Notes: a model not told the origin generated them from the letters alone. DNA of 64,000 bases from Sedimentisphaerales bacterium (GCA_963663805.2 CAXXMR010000015.1:64001-128000); one strand, 5' to 3'. Positions 53,836-63,437 are shown, counted from the stretch's first letter. Made by a program: numbers and translations.

Positions 53836-55260
53836 TTAAAATACTAAGGGGCCATTCTCCGCAGTGTCTAAAAAATCAGCCCAAAGATCGTAGAGAAGAT
53901 TAAAGGACCTTTTTTTTAAGCAACAACTACGAGTAACTTCTTGAGTCCATCCCCAGCAATAATAACCCCCATATTCTCGCTCCTCATTTTTTGCAAAATG
54001 ATTAATGCAGGCAATTATATCATAACAAGTCGCACATTTACACTCTTTTGGTTTAGGATATTTAAGCATGCCATACTTTTTCTTAATAAGTGGGTAAGCA
54101 TTTAAAGTGTCCGCGTATTTTTTGTTTTTCTTTCTGCGTTCAATACTTTCATCATCTGACCGAGGTAGGGGTACCCCACGAAAACCCCAAGTTACATCTG
54201 AGCCGCATTCTATCCACGAATGCGGATAATCCTTATGTTTTAATAAATCGCTAGCGGGCTCTATAAATAGATAGCATCCACAAGCGCCACCACCGTCAGT
54301 GCCAGGAGGCTGAGGAAATAGAATGTTGCCAATTGAAGCTTCAAGTCCAAGAGAATCAGAAAGAATGGTCGGCCTCCCTACTACATATGCATACAAAGAT
54401 ATATCAGCAGCATACTGAATTTTAGGCATAAAAGACCTCACATTTGGGGCTCCGCTCTTGTCATAAGATGCCAAGGCCAAGCCATCTTGGACACCTTGTG
54501 GATCTCTGGTCAAAAACCTCCCGGTTTCGGTATCGTAGTATCTGTTTTTGTAGTACATTAATGAGAGGTTGCCACCGTCAAGGTCATCTTGTCGCTGGCC
54601 GGTGAAGGATATGCTAAAGAAGCTTGTCGTTGCGAGGGGGTTAAAACCGGAGTCGAGACTTATGCGTTCGCCATAGGCCGTATATTCAAATCGCTCGCCA
54701 ATATCGCCGGCGGTATTCAGCCAGGCAGCTGGCGAATAGAGATGGTCGTGCACAAAGTAGAACGGATAATCGATCTCGCCCAGCCTCAGAATCATGACAC
54801 ATGCTTCATCGAGATAATTACCGTAAATATATTCAGGGTCAAAAGGTGCCGCAGAGCGTTCTTCACACAAAACTCGCCAGCCATCGTAGTAAAATGTGTA
54901 TGTACCATAGGTATTGCCGGTAGATTCTACCCGTCTGCCCAGGGCATCATAAGCAAAGGCGGCAACGGTGATACTGCCGGAATCTTTTGTAATCGCGGTC
55001 AGGCGGTTTTCATAATCATACTCGTAGGCATAGCCGCGATGGTCGGCGGTAAAGTTACCAGCATCGTCGTGGCTGACGGATGCTCCTCCTATGGCAGTGT
55101 ATTCATTAACCTCGTTTGAGCTGTACACAGTATCGGTTCCAACTTCAAGGTCGCGGGTAATGCGATTACCCAAGGTGTCGTATACGAAATTTTCATCAAC
55201 TAAAGGACTTACAACAACATTAGTATAATCAGCACCGGTAACCCGGTCAAGGGTGTCGTA
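53836..55260 (-). CDS. Orphan Rhs module: core 3' part + Cys-rich tip
   Basis: YD repeats, FTGQRQD, YYKNRYYDTETGRFLTRDP, PTILSDSLGL; no true start. Confidence 0.9.
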   Translation of the reverse strand, partial: YDTLDRVTGADYTNVVVSPLVDENFVYDTLGNRITRDLEVGTDTVYSSNEVNEYTAIGGASVSHDDAGNFTADHRGYAYEYDYENRLTAITKDSGSITVAAFAYDALGRRVESTGNTYGTYTFYYDGWRVLCEERSAAPFDPEYIYGNYLDEACVMILRLGEIDYPFYFVHDHLYSPAAWLNTAGDIGERFEYTAYGERISLDSGFNPLATTSFFSISFTGQRQDDLDGGNLSLMYYKNRYYDTETGRFLTRDPQGVQDGLALASYDKSGAPNVRSFMPKIQYAADISLYAYVVGRPTILSDSLGLEASIGNILFPQPPGTDGGGACGCYLFIEPASDLLKHKDYPHSWIECGSDVTWGFRGVPLPRSDDESIERRKKNKKYADTLNAYPLIKKKYGMLKYPKPKECKCATCYDIIACINHFAKNEEREYGGYYCWGWTQEVTRSCCLKKRSFNLLYDLWADFLDTAENGPLVF

Positions 55261-55299
55261 GGAATGATTAAAAATGTACCGTACGTCTTAAATTCTCCC
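55261..55299. repeat. 39-bp Rhs junction palindrome, copy 2
   Basis: GGAATGATTAAAAATGTAC-C-GTACGTCTTAAATTCTCCC. Confidence 0.9.
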
Positions 55300-55300
55300 G

Positions 55301-55650
55301 GCGGAAGGACTGCGCATCCAGCGAGATGTTTCAGCTGGCAGCATAACCATTACGCAGCCAGCGGAAGGACTGCGCACCCAGCAAAATGTTTACGCTCGCA
55401 GCAGTGGAGCTGCGCTGGCAGCGGCAGACCTGCGCACGCAGCAGAAGAGCTACGCACTCTGCGCAGGGGCTGCGATCTCTGCGGCAAGTTTACGCACGCA
55501 GCGGAGAAGCTACGCACGGTGCGGGAAAGCTGCGCTCGCAGCGGAGGGCCTGCGCAGCCGGCGGAATGTCTGCGCTCGCAGCGGAGGAGCTGCGCTGCCA
55601 GCGGAAGGGCTACGCTCGCAGCGTAAGAGCTGCGCACTCAGCGCAGGAGC
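55301..55650. repeat. Degenerate tandem array, 17.5 x 20 bp
   Basis: Every 20-mer starts with GC and has T at position 11; consensus about GCGGAAGAGCTRCGCWCGCA; no indels. Confidence 0.9.
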
Positions 55651-55809
55651 AAAGTAAATTGGAGTTATCGGTCGGCAGGGCGATATCAGTATCTTGCAAG
55701 CTGATTTTATGAGACTTTCCTCTGAATAACTGTTTTTGACATTCGACTTGCACTTATAAGACTTTGCTCTACACAAAAATCTGATGATTTTCCGTTCAGC
55801 GTTTTTCCA

Positions 55810-55910
55810 TAACGCTGAATCTGGACTCATATGAACTTGAAAAAGAGCAAGATTTTCAATTCTCAACCGCTCAAAAGCGGTATCACGCTTGCTTGACAAG
55901 TACAACTACA
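55810..55910. repeat. rve-element terminus, inverted relative to 1393/29349
   Basis: The reverse complement reads TGTAGTTGTACTTGTCAAGCAAGCGTGATACCGCTTTTGAGCGGTTG...CATATGAGTCCAGATTCAG. Confidence 0.8.
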
Positions 55911-55911
55911 C

Positions 55912-56637
55912 CTAATCGCTTATTTTGCCATTACGCGTGCCATGCAACTCAAGTAATTCAGTCATTTCTTGAGATCCTCCGTCTTTAGCAATATCTAGAG
56001 GCGTTTGACCTGAATCCTTATAATTGCTTCTAATAGGAAGATTAACATCAGCACCTGCATCTAGTAAATAAGATACTGTCTGACAATAATCTAAATCTGC
56101 CGCTAAATGGATGGCGGCATATCCATTATGATTATATTTGTTAACATTTGCTCCACACTCAACTAAAGCCCGTACAACATTAGTTACAATACGCTCACGA
56201 TCATTAGGTTTTGATTTGTCGTAAACATAATATGGACACAAAACCGCTGCAGTCAAAAGATTTGCTCCTTGGCTTAAATCTGTTTCTGCATTCGCATCAT
56301 ATCCAAGGCCGCAAAGCCAGTGGATTTGATCGATATCAGCTTTTTTAACCGCAATTTCAAGAGCCGAATCGATATAACTCGAGATCAAATGAATTGAAAA
56401 TAAACAAGAGACAAGCCCCGCTATTGCTGAAATTCTATAAAAAACAAATAAAAACTTCTTTTTGATAGAATAAAAAACAATAGCGACACATCCAAGTGTA
56501 CTTACTGCTGAAAGAACAGTGCTAATACTGGGTTGCCCTATAAATGCTGCACCTAATGAGAAAACAACAAGAATTACCATTACGAAATTAAGATTCGATA
56601 TTAGCTTATGTCCAACCTGTGTCTTAGTTGTTTTCAT
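55912..56637 (-). CDS. Membrane protein with ankyrin repeats, putative immunity protein
   Basis: Three TM segments, then GANVN...GYAAIHLAA...LLDAGADVN...GQTPLDIA; follows an Rhs tip. Confidence 0.85.
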   Translation of the reverse strand: MKTTKTQVGHKLISNLNFVMVILVVFSLGAAFIGQPSISTVLSAVSTLGCVAIVFYSIKKKFLFVFYRISAIAGLVSCLFSIHLISSYIDSALEIAVKKADIDQIHWLCGLGYDANAETDLSQGANLLTAAVLCPYYVYDKSKPNDRERIVTNVVRALVECGANVNKYNHNGYAAIHLAADLDYCQTVSYLLDAGADVNLPIRSNYKDSGQTPLDIAKDGGSQEMTELLELHGTRNGKISD

Positions 56638-56640
56638 GTA

Positions 56641-58325
56641 TTAATCCCACCAACTCCACAATGCTTTCCACCGATAGGTTAGTGGACTTGTCCTAGAAGA
56701 CAAACACGGTTTACATATCCATAAATTGTCCTGACAACTAACGCCAGAGGAGTTCCCTCGAACTCCTGCTCGGGCCCAAGCCGCCTTACATTTAGCATCA
56801 CCTGAAACAAGAATTGGCCACAGGAGACCCCTTTCAACATCATGTTCGGGAGTACTGCTACATAAAGAGTGCATAATTCCATACATATAATAGTTGACTG
56901 CATGAGAGCTACGGCACCTTCCATGCACCATAACCGTCTCCTGGCATGCACCAGTAGCACAACCTTGTCCTTTACGACCTAAAAGAAGGTCTGGGTCATG
57001 AAGTTGCTCAACATCCCAGCTGTTAGTACCATATCTTCCTGTGCACTTAGCAAGTTTTTTGGCTCGAGACAAAGAATTGAAATCCTTAATCATTTTTTCT
57101 CGTAGCTGGTCCAAAAGTAAAGTTACATCTGGCCCGCAAGTTCCACAGCCAAAAGAAATTGACAGGCCTAATGAATCTATGTAGACAGTTGGCCGTGAGT
57201 TAGCATAGGAATACAATGACATGTAATCATCATATTGTCTATTTGGTTTGAATTCTTCCTTTTCGGGCGAAAGGGCGTCTTTGAATCTTATTAAGGCTAA
57301 ACCATCCTGAACACCTTGTGGATCTCTGGTCAAAAACCTCCCGGTTTCGGTATCGTAGTATCTGTTTTTGTAGTACATTAGTGAGAGGTTGACCTGGCTT
57401 AGTACGTCTATGTCGAGGTCGTCTTGTCTTTGGCCGGTGAAGCTGATTGGGTTGGAGGTATATGAGACTGAGCCGTAGCCGGCGGTCAAACATTTTCTTT
57501 GGCCGTAGGCATTATATTCGTAACGCTGCACTACACTGCCGCCGTCAAATAACCAGGCAACGGGGGAGTACAGATGGTCGTGGGCAAAATAAGTGGGGTA
57601 GTCTGTCCCTTGATATTTGCTAACCAGCATGCATACTTCATCGAGGTAATTGCCGTAGACGTATTCGTAGGTAACATCATTTTCGCCGTTGCGTTCTTCG
57701 CTGAGTACCCGCCAGCCGTCATAGTAGAATGTGTATGTGCCCATAAGATTGCCGGTCGATTCGATGCGTCGGCCCAGGGCGTCGTAGGCGTAGGCGGCGA
57801 TTGGAACTGTGTTTTGGCCCGAAGTTGTCTCGATGGCGGTCAGGCGGTTTTCGTAGTCGTAGTGGTAAATATAAGGGTTGCCCTGACTGCTGATGCGGTG
57901 GTCCTGCGTCAGATTTCCGGCGGTGTTGTACGAAACATTCGTGCCGCCGATGGAGGTATATTCGTTTACGTTGTTAGCTGCGTACACAGTGTCGGTTCCA
58001 AATACCAAGTCATGCGTTACACGATTACCCAAAGTATCGTAAACAAAGTTTTCGTCCAGATGCGATACTGTACCATAATCGGAGCCGGTTACCCTGTCAA
58101 GGGTGTCGTAGGAATATACATTAGCGAGGCCGGCACGGTGATTGAACTGTTTGGAGATGATATTGCTGTCGGCATCGTAGGTATAGCCAAAATTGACAAT
58201 ATCGCCGCCAGCATTGGCGGTCACATAGGAGCTGAGTCGGCCAAAATCGTCATAAGTACGTGTTGCAGTGGCAGTTATCTGGTCATAGGTTCGCTGGGCG
58301 ACCAGTGAGCCGTTATAGTCATCGA
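56641..58325 (-). CDS. Longer orphan Rhs module: core 3' part + Cys-rich tip
   Basis: YD repeats run through ANVYSYDTLDRVTG without the palindrome; PTVYIDSLGL cleavage-type motif. Confidence 0.9.
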
Positions 58326-58498
58326 CGCTTATAAACAAAGAAAATCTTAAAACCAAGACTAAGTCCAAGCCAGATCCAGCTTACTATACTATGTAACACA
58401 ACATAATTTGAATCACTATCTAGACCAAATATAAAAAAGTACCCAAGGCCTATTATCAAAAATATATCGCACAATCTCTCAAAAAAAAATGTTTTCAT
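58319..58498 (-). CDS. Small 2-TM protein, putative immunity protein
   Basis: ATGA overlap with the upstream Rhs tip; MKTFFFERL... hydrophobic. Confidence 0.6.
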   Translation of the reverse strand: MKTFFFERLCDIFLIIGLGYFFIFGLDSDSNYVVLHSIVSWIWLGLSLGFKIFFVYKRR

Positions 58499-59778
58499 GG
58501 AAACCTTTTGCAACAACACTCGCAACTTTGCCTAAACCAACGTGTAATCCATCCCACGCCAGCGAGCCATGTTTCAGGACCAGCACAATCGAGCCCTACC
58601 TGATTTGCCACCATATCTGCTAGTGAATCAATAGCTGCATCGCGCATATTTTTATCCTGTATTCCTGCTGCAATCAAATCTCTAGTCTCCTTCGTTAGAC
58701 CTCCTAATAGGGAAATAACTTTACCACAGTCCCTTGCTATCATGCAGCTAACCCAACAATGTCTAAACTTGTCACTTCTGTCCCCATATTTGATATGTGC
58801 CGCGGTAAAATAGGGCATTCCGCACCTGAGGATCGTAAATATAGCAGTCATACCTTCAGTACTTTCGCCATATGTATCAAAATAAAGAATTGAATTCGAA
58901 TTGGCATATTCATAAAGGGACATACCATCGTTATACATTTTTTGTACTGAAAAGCTCTTGCGTACAGGAAGGCCTATTGCCAAAAACCGTACTGAAGCCA
59001 AACCGTCATTTACCCCAATCGGATCCCTGGTCAAAAATCTCCCGGTTTCGGTATCGTAGTATCTGTTTTTGTAGTACATTAATTTGAGATCGCGATCGGC
59101 GAAGGTGTCTTGTCGCTGACCGGTAAAGGCTATTTCGCAAAATGTAGTATTATTTCCAGTGTAACCATAAGCGGAGTATTCACGGCTTTCGTAGACATCT
59201 CCGTTCTGATCCAATATTGCTACTGGTGAATACAGATGGTCGTGGACCAGATAGAATGGATTGTCGGTAGCGCCAGCATAAATTTGCATACATACTTCAT
59301 CGAGGTAGTTGCCGTATACGTATTCAATATTGTGAGTGTCTCGTTCATGTCGAAGTACCCGCCAGCTGTCGTAATAGTAGTGGTGGGTGGTGCCGGACAT
59401 ATACTCTTCAGTTTTTTCCACCCGGCGTCCCAAGGCGTCGTAGGCGAATTTTGCAATGGCAATAGTAATCTGATTTTCACCTATGGTAAAGGTGGTATCA
59501 ATGGCGGTCAGGCGATTTTCGTAGTCGTAGTGATAATTGTACGCTGTGCCGCTAGGGTCGCCGCTACGATGGTCGGCAGACAGATTGCCGGCAGCATCAT
59601 AAGAGACGGCCGTCCCGCCGATGCTGGTATATTCGTTGACAATGTTGGGTGCGTACACAGTGTCAGCCCCGTCATTATGGGTTATGCGGTTACCTAAAGT
59701 GTCGTAAACGAAAGTTTCGTCCGTAAAGGCGCTGGAACTATGATAATCGGAGCCGGTGACGCGGTCAAGGGTGTCGTA
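58495..59778 (-). CDS. Orphan Rhs module with an SAA/DUF6973-like tip
   Basis: Rhs core motifs, DTYGE junction; tip has DKFRHCWVSC...DSLADMVANQVG. Confidence 0.88.
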   Translation of the reverse strand, partial: YDTLDRVTGSDYHSSSAFTDETFVYDTLGNRITHNDGADTVYAPNIVNEYTSIGGTAVSYDAAGNLSADHRSGDPSGTAYNYHYDYENRLTAIDTTFTIGENQITIAIAKFAYDALGRRVEKTEEYMSGTTHHYYYDSWRVLRHERDTHNIEYVYGNYLDEVCMQIYAGATDNPFYLVHDHLYSPVAILDQNGDVYESREYSAYGYTGNNTTFCEIAFTGQRQDTFADRDLKLMYYKNRYYDTETGRFLTRDPIGVNDGLASVRFLAIGLPVRKSFSVQKMYNDGMSLYEYANSNSILYFDTYGESTEGMTAIFTILRCGMPYFTAAHIKYGDRSDKFRHCWVSCMIARDCGKVISLLGGLTKETRDLIAAGIQDKNMRDAAIDSLADMVANQVGLDCAGPETWLAGVGWITRWFRQSCECCCKRFP

Positions 59779-59817
59779 GGAATGATTAAAAATGTACCGT
59801 ACACCTTAAATTCTCCC
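59779..59817. repeat. 39-bp Rhs junction palindrome, copy 3, plus a partial arm to 59829
   Basis: GGAATGATTAAAAATGTAC-C-GTACACCTTAAATTCTCCC. Confidence 0.9.
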
Positions 59818-59828
59818 CTTAAATTCTC

Positions 59829-60290
59829 CTACGTTCGGTTGACAAGTACAGACCGGTTTTTGCCTATTATGGCCTTCCCTATGAATATTTGCGAAAAGAC
59901 AGCTATCACTTCAAGTGCAACTAAAAAAAGAAATGATTCAGATGACATATCAGCAACTATTACATATAACTTATTAACTTTTACTAGTAAAATAAACCTC
60001 CAAATAGAACAACAAATAACTGCTACAAGATAATGCAGAAAAATAAGCCCGTATTTCCTCCCAACGATAACTGCGAGTAGAGCAGAAAATAAAGGAGGAA
60101 ATATTGCTATAATCACAATATTAAAATAAGGTCTACAATATATAAGTACCAAGTCAAAAAAATCTACCTCTAACAAAAGATATCCGCCAACTTTTTCGGT
60201 TAAAAAAAGAAAAACGATGCTTAAGCAAATACACAATATATGGCCTAGCATTATTGTTTTATAATTTTGTTTATCACACAAGCTTCTCAT
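59829..60290 (-). CDS. Multi-TM protein, putative immunity protein
   Basis: Hydrophobic and AT-rich; follows an Rhs tip; last codons come from the element terminus. Confidence 0.65.
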   Translation of the reverse strand: MRSLCDKQNYKTIMLGHILCICLSIVFLFLTEKVGGYLLLEVDFFDLVLIYCRPYFNIVIIAIFPPLFSALLAVIVGRKYGLIFLHYLVAVICCSIWRFILLVKVNKLYVIVADMSSESFLFLVALEVIAVFSQIFIGKAIIGKNRSVLVNRT

Positions 60291-60325
60291 CGTCCCACTG
60301 CCTTCCCTGTACCTAAATGGCCAAA

Positions 60326-61453
60326 TTATTCTATTCTAGCGATATACGCATTATAAGGCGACTTGTAGCACGCTGCCAAACATGCTTGTACAACGTGTAC
60401 CTTAGATATCCACCAAATGGCAGATCCCTTTATGCTAGAAGCGGCATCTTTTTCTGCATGGGCCACTAAGTAGCGACAACAAGCTTGGCAAGTGCAGGTA
60501 TTGTTTTGATCATAGCAAGTATAAACTATAATAGCATTTATTTTTTTTGTACCTGGTTTCAAAGTTGTCTTGCCGCAACGTTCTGTATGACATGCAGTTT
60601 TTGTTCCATAGGGATCTACGAAATAGAGAGGATTGCTCCGAACATATTCGTAGAAATTCATAGTATCTTCGTAACCTTGTGGATCTCTCGTCAAAAATCT
60701 TCCGGTTTCGGTATCGTAGTATCTGTTTTTGTAGTACATTAGTGAGAGGTTGCCACCGTCAAGGTCGTCTTGTCGTTGGCCGGTGAAGCTTATGTGGTTA
60801 AACGAATAGGCAGCATCGGTATAATCTGCGTTCATGATTTTTCGCTGGCCGTAGGCGTTGTATTCGTAGCGGTGGATAATTCCGCTGGTGCTATAGAGCC
60901 AGGCGACTGTGGAGTATAGGTGGTCGTGGACGAAGTAGTATGAATATGCTTGAACAGCATCATTTAATCTGAGGTTCATCATGCATACTTCATCAAGATA
61001 GTTGCCGTAGACGTATTCGTTATTGAAAGTCAGAGTCGGTGAAGCAACACGTTCTTCACGCAAAACTCGCCAGCCATCGTAGTAAAATGTGTATGTGCCA
61101 TAGGTATTACCGGTTGATTCTACTCGTCTGCCCAGGGCATCGTAAGTGAAGGTGGCAACGGTGGTACTGCCCGAATCTTTTGTAATCGCGGTCAGGCGGT
61201 TTTCATAGTCATACTCGTAGGCATAGCCGCGATGGTCGGCGGTAAAGTTACCAGCATCGTCGTGGCTGACGAATGATCCTCCTATGGCAGTGTATTCATT
61301 AACCTCGTTTGAGCTGTACACAGTATCGGTTCCAACTTCAAGGTCGTGGGTAATGCGATTACCCAAGGTGTCGTATACGAAATTTTCATCAACTAAAGGA
61401 CTTACAACAACATCAGTATAATCAGCACCGGTGACGCGGTCAAGGGTGTCGTA
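60326..61453 (-). CDS. Orphan Rhs module with a short Cys-rich tip
   Basis: Rhs core motifs, NPLYFVDPYGT, CTCQACC. Confidence 0.9.
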   Translation of the reverse strand, partial: YDTLDRVTGADYTDVVVSPLVDENFVYDTLGNRITHDLEVGTDTVYSSNEVNEYTAIGGSFVSHDDAGNFTADHRGYAYEYDYENRLTAITKDSGSTTVATFTYDALGRRVESTGNTYGTYTFYYDGWRVLREERVASPTLTFNNEYVYGNYLDEVCMMNLRLNDAVQAYSYYFVHDHLYSTVAWLYSTSGIIHRYEYNAYGQRKIMNADYTDAAYSFNHISFTGQRQDDLDGGNLSLMYYKNRYYDTETGRFLTRDPQGYEDTMNFYEYVRSNPLYFVDPYGTKTACHTERCGKTTLKPGTKKINAIIVYTCYDQNNTCTCQACCRYLVAHAEKDAASSIKGSAIWWISKVHVVQACLAACYKSPYNAYIARIE

Positions 61454-61493
61454 GGAATGATGAAAAATGTGCCGGGGACATTAAATTTCTCCC
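61454..61493. repeat. Rhs junction palindrome, copy 4, plus a duplicated right arm to 61514
   Basis: GGAATGATGAAAAATGTGC-C-GGGGACATTAAATTTCTCCC, then CGGGGACATTAAATTCTCCCC. Confidence 0.9.
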
Positions 61494-61519
61494 CGGGGAC
61501 ATTAAATTCTCCCCATATT

Positions 61520-61590
61520 AACTTGAAAAAGAGCAAAATTTTCAATTCTCAACCGCTCAAAAACGGTATCACGTTCGGTTGACAACTACA
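61520..61590. repeat. rve-element terminus (inverted)
   Basis: GAAAAAGAGCAAAATTTTCAATTCTCAACCGCTCAAAAACGGTATCACGTTCGGTTGACAACTACA. Confidence 0.8.
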
Positions 61591-62054
61591 TGTGTTTCTT
61601 TCAAATGTTTACCAATTTTAGTGGCTAGCACAACAATAATTAAACAAAACCCAACGCCTACTAATGGGTTGTTAAAAAGAGTACTCGCTCTATTAGTGGT
61701 GTCTTGTATTATAATTTCAGTCGAACTAATACAATCGCTATCCGGTAAAACATTATACTCTCTTCTTGTAACAACCGTATCTGATCTATTAAAATAATCA
61801 AGTAAGAAAAGTCCTGTACCAAAAAAAGCATGTATTAAAACAACTAGACTTGATTGCCACCAACAAAACTTTGAACAGTAACCAGCTATGAATCCTACAA
61901 CTGCTACCGCAAATAGATTCATAATCAAAAGAGTTAAATCAAATTGTTTAGGATATTCCATATCTACCACAAAAATGATACAGATTCTCAATAGCATCGA
62001 CAACAAAATGAAAAATAGTCCATATATCAAGATCAGAACAATTTGTTTTAACAT
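61569..62054 (-). CDS. 4-TM protein, putative immunity protein
   Basis: GAGGTG RBS; hydrophobic; follows an Rhs tip. Confidence 0.7.
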   Translation of the reverse strand: MLKQIVLILIYGLFFILLSMLLRICIIFVVDMEYPKQFDLTLLIMNLFAVAVVGFIAGYCSKFCWWQSSLVVLIHAFFGTGLFLLDYFNRSDTVVTRREYNVLPDSDCISSTEIIIQDTTNRASTLFNNPLVGVGFCLIIVVLATKIGKHLKETHVVVNRT

Positions 62055-62078
62055 AGCAGTACACCTCTTCGAAAAAAG

Positions 62079-63437
62079 TCAATATGGATAATAATCGCGA
62101 AATTTCTCCTTCAGCCTTTCGCCTATGCTATAGCTTTTTCCCTGAATAACATAAGTAAGCCACTCGGTGATTATTTCTTTGTTAACGACATACTCCTTAT
62201 CGAATTCCTTTAGCGTTGCCTTACCTTCAACGTTAATCTCTTTGGCACGAGCTGGAGTTATACAAGCTAGGTATTTCTCAAGCTCTTCTTCGTGTTTTTC
62301 AAATTTACCTTCTAGGTCGCCGGTAACGTGAACTTTTATTTGATTATCAGAATGGGTCAAAAAAATCCTTGTTCGAGCATGAGCAATCGCTCTTATTGTG
62401 GTCCACAGCTTAGCGGTGCCCCATTTCTTATGTGGATGGATCCAGTAGTATTTTCTAGGGGAACGGCAAATACAACCATAGGGATCCCAAAAGGGATTAG
62501 ATGCACGATTAGCCTTATTCCATATTACAGGTCCAGCCATAGTTCCATCGAAAAGATCTATTTGCCAAGATTTATCGAATACTTTTATCCATATCCATAA
62601 CCCATAGGGGTCTGTATTAGCTATAGGTTCGTTACCAGTATAATTATACAAACCCATTCCATCGACATACCCAATCGGGTCTCTGGTCAAAAATCTGCCG
62701 GTTTCGGTATCGTAGTATCTGTTCTTGTAGTACATTAGTGAGAGGTTTCCACCGTCAAGGTCATCTTGTCGTTGGCCGGTGAAGGATATGTGGTTAAACG
62801 AATAGGCAGCATCGGTATAATCTGCGTTCATGATTTTTCGCTGGCCGTAGGCGTTGTATTCGTAGCGGTGGATAATTCCGCTGGTGCTATAGAGCCAGGC
62901 GACTGTGGAGTATAGGTGGTCGTGGACAAAGTAGTATGAATATGCTTGAACAGCATCATTTAATCTGAGGTTCATCATGCAAACTTCATCAAGATAGTTG
63001 CCATAGACGTATTCGTTATTGAAAGTCAGAGTCGGTGAAGCAACACGTTCTTCACGCAAAACTCGCCAGCCATCGTAGTAGAATTTGTATGTACCATAGG
63101 TATTGCCAGTCGATTCAACCCGCCTGCCCAAAGAATCATACTCAAACAGCGCCACAGTTGTACTGCCGGAATCTTTCATAATCGCCGTCAGACGGTTTTC
63201 GTAGTCATATTCATAAGTGTAGCCGCGATGATCGCCAGACAGATTACCGGCGGCGTCATACGATACGGCCGTACCGCCGATGCTGGTATATTCGTTGGCA
63301 ATATTAGCTGCATACACGGTATCAGCCCCGTCATTATGGGTTATGCGGTTACCTAAAGTATCATAAACAAAGGTCTCATCAGAACTTTCATGGCTGCTAT
63401 GATAATCCGAACCGGTCACCCGGTCAAGGGTGTCTTA
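62079..63437 (-). CDS. Orphan Rhs module with an unknown tip
   Basis: Rhs core motifs, EPIANTDPYGL. Confidence 0.9.

Noticed and set aside
55301..55650. CRISPR array
   Set aside because: No alternation of constant repeat and unique spacer, units are only 20 bp, and there are no cas genes.
55264..55905. Overlapping Ala/Arg-rich ORFs (also 63390-63889)
   Set aside because: They are open in several frames on both strands because of the GC-rich repeat; the 20-bp period does not fit coding.
56641..57160. Tip as an Ntox44-like RNase (NYYMYG)
   Set aside because: Only a short motif matches; the Cys-rich context and membrane-bound partner do not support the call without a profile search.
53836..63437. 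Diversity-generating retroelement
   Set aside because: No reverse transcriptase, and differences between repeats are not confined to adenines.
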